64,000 nt of DNA from Octopus vulgaris (lineage: Eukaryota), in contig OX597834.1 of NCBI GenBank assembly GCA_951406725.2, positions 38,626,001 through 38,690,000 on the forward strand, in the 5' to 3' direction. Numbering within the stretch: the first letter of the stretch is position 1; every line of letters starts with the position of its first letter. Below, one piece after another: positions 56,905-64,000 of this stretch. The notes beneath the pieces were generated by a model that saw only the letters and a program-made list of their open reading frames with translations, was not told where the DNA came from and did no database searches. The position numbers and the translations under genes were made by a program.

Positions 56905-57465
56905 AGAAAATTAAAAGAATATGTCTCGGAGGTGACTCCTTATTCTGGGTCATATTTAAATTTTTTTACTGAATTTGCAACATGGTCTGGCGAAAAACGT
57001 ATTTTGCGGTTTTGTTACCAACTTCATGACATAATGGAATATAGAGGAAAAAAAGGGAGTAAGTAGGGCAAATAGCTTCATTTTTATTTATCATTTGTAC
57101 CATAAGCTTTTATATTTCTTTCGCTTGTTCTATGTCCCCATATGTGTTGTATTATCCCCTTCATGTTCGATCCACGGGATCATAATAAAGAAATAATTTT
57201 TACCAACTTCATTAGTTGTAGCATTTGCTGTTGTTCTTGTTCTTTGAGTTGTTTTTGCAACTCAACTAAACTCTCTAACAAGTTTTCCATAATTTTACGG
57301 ATTTTTCGTAAAATATTTGCCACACAAATGTTTGTTACTCCTCTGTCAAGGTTTTAACTTCACGTGAAAAATGTTTCGACGTCAAACCGCGTGAATTTTT
57401 TCAGCGTTGTCCGCTTGAATTGTTTTTTATCCTCGTCGCCACTGTATGTTATTTTCGGCACTGTA
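56905..57465 (-). mobile_element. Ty3/Gypsy remnant: LTR end, PBS and gag N-terminus
   Basis: ...ACA-G-TGGCGACGAGGAT (57441-57429); ATG at 57290 MENLLESLVELQKQLKEQEQQQMLQL; then FSPDHVANSVKKFKYDPE*GVT. Confidence 0.7.
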
Positions 57466-57469
57466 ATTT

Positions 57470-57873
57470 ATTCCTTTATTGCCCACAAGGGACCAAACAC
57501 AGAGGGGACAAACAAGGGGATTAAGTCGATTATATCGACCCAAGTGATTTACTGGTACTTATTTAATCGACCCCGAAATGATGAAAGGCAAAGTCGACCT
57601 CGGTGGAATTTGAACTCAGAACGTAACGGCAGACGAAATACCTATTTCTTTATTACCCACAAGGGGCTAAACATAGAGGGGACAAACAAGGACAGACAGA
57701 CGGATTAAGTCGATTACCTCGACCCCAGTGCGTAACTGGTACTTAATTTATCGACCCCGAAAGGATGAAAGGCGAAGTTGACCTCGGCGGAATTTGAACT
57801 CAGAACGTAAAGACAGACGAAATACCGCTAAGCACTTCGCCCGGCGTGCTAACGTTTCTGCCAGCTCGCCGCC
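57470..57873 (-). mobile_element. Tandem SINE family A (one full copy, one partial)
   Basis: gatgaaaggc.aagt.gacctcgg.ggaatttgaactcagaacgtaa occurs twice. Confidence 0.9.
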
Positions 57874-58301
57874 TTAAAATGATGTGTTGTATCTGGCTGA
57901 GATTGAACCCTCTATCACTTTTATCATTGGCTATAAACACCCTTACCCACAAGGCCAACAAGACAGCAACAATTTTCGGCATTGTAATGTTCTTGTCACC
58001 GTTATTATGTTGTGGCGGTATTCCGCGTCTTATTGTGTTTGACTCGTCTGTTGTGCTATTGCTGATCGCTCCGCAAGGCAATGACTTTGGATCTTCTACC
58101 TTGACGGTAACTCGAACTCGTATATGTCACGTACCTGACGCTGACTCCAACTCGTAAAACCGACTCTGCTACTACTGACTGACCGACTGCTCTTTCTTTT
58201 TTTTTTGCCTTCCCGTAACTTAGCAGTCCAACAAACGTGATCCCTAAAATAAGTACCAGATGTTAAGAAGTAAGTGCTGGGGTCCATTTTCTACGATTCA
58301 A

Positions 58302-58626
58302 GGATCTTTTCCTTTTGAACGACAGTTTTCAACACAATTTCTAGTTAACTAAACACTGTTAAATTTCGTATACTGGTAGAATGTGTCAAAATAAAACTTT
58401 TTTTCTTTTGGCTTTCTTGAGAAAATTGTAATTTGTAAGTTTAACGTAGTTTAATTTTTCGAATTTTAACCAATCGATGGCCTCTATTTAGCTAAAATCA
58501 ATTTTCTCAAGAAAGCCAAAAGAAAAAAATGTTTTATTTTGACACATTCTACCAGTATACGAAGTTTAAAAGTGTTTAGTTAACTAAAAATTGTGTTGAA
58601 AACTGCCGTTCAAAAGGAAAAGATCC
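58302..58626. mobile_element. MITE with ~125-bp TIRs and an 8-bp TSD, inserted in a SINE B
   Basis: cgattcaa|GGATCTTTTCCTTTTGAACG...CGTTCAAAAGGAAAAGATCC|cgattcaa. Confidence 0.9.
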
Positions 58627-59603
58627 CGATTCAACTCTTCAAGGCGGTGCCCCAGCATGGCTGCAGTCCAATGACTGAAACAAGTAAAAGATGGAAGAAA
58701 GGGTTATGTATGTGTGTGCGTGTGTGTATGTAATGTCTGTATGTGTGTGTGTGTATGTATGTATGTATTTGTGTGTGTGTGTATGCATATATGTGTTTGT
58801 AGTGGTTCGGTGCAGTGTAGGTCGTGGAAGTCATATACAAGCAATCAAATGATTGAATATAATAAAAAACAAATAAAGAGAAGCCTTGTGACTTATTTGA
58901 AATTTCATCCTGTGATTATGTTTCTGTCGCAACTGATCTGTGTTAATACCAGTTCATATCGTCAGGTGAGAGCCAGGATCGTGAGACATCTCTGTTGCTC
59001 TCAGTGACTGAAGATGTACATCCACAACTCTTAACTCTCTCCTGTTATTCAGTATTCTTATGAGCTAATTCTACCCAATTCCGGTTCTGTGTTGGTTGCT
59101 CCCTCAGCTTTAAATAATTTTATGGGATAATTCTATTCAATTCCCGATCCCTAATGGTTGGCCCTTCATCTGGAGTGTCACATGCTGTGACACCTTCTCC
59201 AGTGGAAACTTGATGTGTTCAGCTACCAGCCCAGGCTCCTCTGCGCGTCAGGCCGAGAAGGGCAAACTATCAATGTATCGGCCGCTCTTTGGCAGGTTTG
59301 TGGTCGAGCCTGTAGGAGTGGAGACCTCCAGCTTTCTCAGCAACCCCCCCACCTCAGCGGGACCACATCCTTGCTCGCCGTTATCGGGGTGGAGATGGTA
59401 ATCTGCACGTATGAATCCCGTGAGCCTGAGTGGCCGTACCAGCGATTCTTTCTCACCAGCCTCCGGGGTAACACCTTTTCCGTTTTGTTCTTAGGGCCAT
59501 GAGCTGGACTGACAAGCCTCTTCAGATATTTCTTAGCTGTGAGGAAGAGGAAGGATATGACGGCTCAGACAGGACCCTTAATCAAAATCAGAAAACCACT
59601 TCA

Positions 59604-59820
59604 TTAACCCTTTAACATTCAAATTATTCTGTCAAATGAAATACTTTTCCATTCACATTGTCTTTAATTAATCACATAACATCTCATAGCTTCGAAATTC
59701 TCATGATGTGACTATGCTTTCAGAATGACATTGTCGGGTAGGTATAAGAGGCTGGATCTGGTTGGTTTGAATATAAAACAGCATATTTGGGCTGGATATG
59801 GCCGGATTAAACGCAAAAAA
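59604..59820 (+). mobile_element. piggyBac-like MITE, decayed right end
   Basis: TTAA|CCCTTTA left end; right terminus only weakly recognisable. Confidence 0.4.
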
Positions 59821-60049
59821 AAAAGAAGGAAATCATTATGAGACAATGAACAGAACGACCCCAGCTCGTATCGAATGACTTTATGTCTGCCTTTTACATT
59901 ACTGATTCAACTCAAACCCCCCACAAACACTACCCCCGGATGCTTCGCCAAAATTATCGCAGTTAGATGTTTGTAGCTTTTTCTTTCTCATGGTATTTGG
60001 TTGGGTTGTTTTGTAGAAGTCTTCTGTTTTAATCTTGTTTGTCGTTCTC

Positions 60050-60180
60050 TGGAGATGGTGGTAGAGATGGTGGTGGTTGTAATGGGAATGGTTGTGGTGG
60101 TGGCGGTGATGGTGATGGTGGTTGCTGTGTTGATGTTTATTATGTCGTCGGTGGTTTTCAACGTGATGATAATAATGGTG

Positions 60181-60212
<32 letters not shown>

Positions 60213-60690
60213 GATGGTAGTAGTAACCGTGGGGGTAGAGTTCGTAATAGTATTAGTGACAGTATTTACGATCGTAGTGGCGGCGGTGGTGGTGGTGGTG
60301 GTGGTAAATGTGACGGTATTCAAAATGCTGGTTATGACAATGATAATGATGGTGAGATTAATGATGAGCGTGATGATTGTGATGACGATGATGATGATGA
60401 TGATGATGATGACGATGATGATGACGATGATGATGATGACGATGATGATGATGAGGACGGTGATGATTGTGATGATGATGATGATGACGATGATGATGTT
60501 GATGATGATAATGATGATTGTGATTGTGATGATGGTGATGATGATGATGATGATGAGGATAATGATGATGATGATGATGATTGTGATGATGATGGTGATG
60601 ATGATGATGACGATGATGATGACAAGGATGGCGAGGGTGGGACTGATAACAAGTAATGTTATAACAGTGATGTAGAAAAATGATGGTGGT
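60050..60690. repeat. (GGT)/(GAT)n low-complexity field
   Basis: Degenerate trinucleotide arrays. Confidence 0.9.
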
Positions 60691-61008
60691 GTCGATGGGG
60701 GGGGACGACAGGGTGCGTTGCCGGTATCGGCGGCGGCGGCGGCGGCGATTACAAAGATGGCGTTCGTAGGTGGCGGTTGTTGTTATTTCTTCGTTGTTAT
60801 TTCATTCTTCAAAAACAGTGGAAAGAAAAATGATTATCTTTTGTATGGAAAGAAATATTTTAACAACCTGATTCCATCGATTTATAATGTGCTAAATTGG
60901 TGGTGAGCAATTGATAATTAGATAGGTAAGAACAGACACACACACACACATATATGCATATATATATATGCACATATATATATGCATATATATATATATT
61001 TGTGTGTG

Positions 61009-61042
<34 letters not shown>

Positions 61043-61164
61043 TGTATGTATGTGTGAATGTGTATCCAGATTTATCTTTAAAAATCCGAACAAATAAACA
61101 TACAAATTGATAATTATGTAGATATATGCAACCAGAATATTAATTTTTGCTGTTATATATTATA

Positions 61165-61317
<153 letters not shown>

Positions 61318-61341
61318 GTATATATATGTATATATATATAT

Positions 61342-61413
<72 letters not shown>

Positions 61414-61551
61414 GTATGCATCTATATATATATATATGTATATGTATGTGTGTATAAGGAGTGCGTCAGTGCATATATGCACCGATTGTGCTGGGCGTAA
61501 AAAGGTGTGTGTGTATCTGTGTGTGTGTGTGTGTGTATGTATGTGTGTGTA

Positions 61552-61589
<38 letters not shown>

Positions 61590-61864
61590 CGTGTGTGTCA
61601 CCAAAATTCATAAAAATCACAACAACCTATGAGGCAGCCATATTAATTTTGATAACACGAAAATTGGAAGAAAAAAAAAAATGAATATTTTCCGATGTTT
61701 TCTTTTCGTTTTGCTTTTTGTTATATTCTTTTATTTTTACTTGTTTTTTTTTTTCTTCTTTTTATTACGTATTTCTTCCTTTTTCCTTTAGAAATTCTTC
61801 ATATCTCTTGTAACAATCTTCTTTTGTTATTGTAGTTGATGTTGCTTCACTTGTTGTTGCTGTC

Positions 61865-62492
61865 GTAGAAGTAGTAGTAGTCGTAGTAGTAGTAGTAGTA
61901 GTAGTAATTGTGGTGGTGGTGGTGTTAGTAGTAGTAGTAAATAATAGTGGTAGTAGTAATGGTGGTGGTGATGACGGTAGTTGTAGTAGTAGTAGTAGTA
62001 ATTGTGGTGGTGGTGGTGGTGTTAGTAGTAGTAGTAGTAATAATAGTGGTAGTAGTAATGGTGGTGGTGATGACGGTAGTTGTAGTAGTAGTAGTAGTAG
62101 TAGTAGTAGTAATTGTGGTGGTGGTGGTGGTAGTAGTAGTAGTAGTAAATAATAGTGGTAGTAGTAATGGTGGTGGTGATGACGGTAGTTGTAGTAGTAG
62201 TTGTAGTATTAGTAATTGTGGTGGTGGTTATGGTGGTGGTTGTGGTGGTAGTGTTAGTAGTTCTAATGATAGTGGTAGTAGTAATGGTAGTAGTGGTAGT
62301 GATGATGACGGCAGTTGTTGTAGCAGTAGTAATATTAGTGGTGGTAGTGGTGGTGAGTGGCGGTAGTGTTAGTAGTTCTAATGATAGTGGTAGTAGTAAT
62401 GGTGGTAGTGGTAGTGATGATGACGGCAGTTGTTGTAGCAGTAGTAGTAGTAGTAATATTGGTGGTGGTGATGATAGTAGTAGTGGTGGTGA

Positions 62493-62532
<40 letters not shown>

Positions 62533-62600
62533 GGTGGTAGTAGTAGTAGTAGTAGTAGTTGTTGTTATTCTTATCATTGTTGTTGTTGTTGTTGTTAACA
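61865..62600. repeat. (GTA)/(GGT) array with ~100-bp higher-order units
   Basis: aataatagtggtagtagtaatggtggtggtgatgacggtagttgtagt recurs at ~61940, 62039 and 62148. Confidence 0.85.
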
Positions 62601-62747
62601 AGCCAATAACGGCGTTTACACTGGTTTACACAGTTCCCTGTGGAACCAAGCAGTTCCTGAGATGCTAAAACACGGTAAACAGCAACAACAATAGCATCAG
62701 CCGCAACAACAACAACAACAACTCAGTCGATACCAACAACAACAGCA

Positions 62748-62796
<49 letters not shown>

Positions 62797-63119
62797 ATAC
62801 AGATTCGTCTGAGAATTCTTGTCTTGCATCCATGTTGTGGAAGATGAAAGGAATATTTTCAGTAAATTTATCTGGTTTAGATAAACAGAGAAATTACTTT
62901 GAGAGCAGGTACAGCTAACAACAACAACAACAACAACAGCAGCAGCACCAGCAGTAGCAGCAACAACAACAACAAAAATATCAATGACAGGAACGACAAC
63001 AATAAAAACAAAAACGGTAACAACACTAACAACAGCAATAATAAACAACAACAAATGCAATAGTTACGTTTACAATAATAACCACAACAGCAATAACAAT
63101 GATAATAATCCTTTCTGCT

Positions 63120-63335
63120 TCGGGCAGAAGACCGGGAATTTCGGGTTGGTGGGGGTAGTGGGGGTTAAGTCGGTTACATCGACCCCAGTGGGTAACTGGT
63201 ACTTACGTTATCGACCCCGAAAGGATGAAAGGCAAAGTCGACCTCAGCGGAATTTGAACTCAGAACGTAAAGAGACGGACATAAATGCCGCTAAACGGTT
63301 TTGTCTCTTGCGTGGTAACGATTCTGCAGGGCCAG
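63120..63335 (-). mobile_element. SINE family A
   Basis: tcgaccccgaaaggatgaaaggcaaagtcgacctcagcggaatttgaactcagaacg. Confidence 0.8.
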
Positions 63336-63391
63336 CAATTTCGGAGGAACGGGGTAAGTCTTTATAACAACAACAAAAAGAAAGAGGATAG

Positions 63392-63464
<73 letters not shown>

Positions 63465-63706
63465 GAAGAAGAAGAAGAGGAAACGGAGGATTATGATAAT
63501 GATGAAGAGGAAAAGAGGAAGCGGAGGATAATGATGATGATGATGATGATGATGATGCCCATCCTCCACGTGCTACTGATCGAAAATCTGGATGCAGATG
63601 AACAAACGGGATGCAAATAATAAAACAAGCACATTGTGAGTTAGTCATGCAGCAGAAACATATGTCGGACAGAGATTTAGATTAAATATGTCGTAAAATT
63701 ACTGCA

Positions 63707-63747
<41 letters not shown>

Positions 63748-63750
<3 letters not shown>

Positions 63751-64000
63751 AGTCATCCCATAAGTTCTCTCCGAATTTTGAATAACGAAAACAAGCGATC
63801 AAATGTTATATTTAATTGGAATTTAATCATCAATGTACTTTCCCTGATTATCTATGACTTCCTTCCATTTATTTACAAGCTTTTTAATCCCATCAATGTA
63901 AAACTCTTTTGGTTTCAAAGCGAAGAGCTCTGAATTGTCAGTTTCGACCTCATCTTATCTTGTGAAAGTTATGTCCCCCAAATGATTCTGTAACCTACGA
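63748..64000 (-). mobile_element. Mariner transposase C-terminal fragment with TIR at (TA)n; runs off the window
   Basis: LQNHLGD...KPKEFYIDGIKKLVNKWKEVIDNQGKYIDD*. Confidence 0.85.

Overview
AT-rich, microsatellite-saturated animal DNA. The repeat families look cephalopod/Octopus-like, but that is an inference. I found no host protein-coding exon, and most ORFs in the track are translations of simple repeats. The window is a nest of decayed mobile elements: several tRNA-derived SINE families, an internally deleted CR1/L2-like LINE, (TAA)n-associated R4/Dong-like LINE 3' ends, mariner fragments, Helitron derivatives, a Gypsy PBS/gag remnant and MITEs. The most notable signal is a set of short non-coding inserts, mostly at (TA)n tracts, carrying minimal type I hammerhead ribozyme (HHR) motifs. 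Two have a compensatory U3-A8 core (1838-1876 +, 53696-53743 -). Two have a canonical CUGANGA core with an A.C opposition at the base of stem II (46225-46285 -, 49094-49149 +). One sits in a 488-bp unit with a terminal direct repeat. Several related inserts form long fold-back palindromes that retain only the HHR 3' half. This fits Penelope-like pLTR or retrozyme-type elements targeting (TA)n. All structures were read by eye; activity and novelty are untested.
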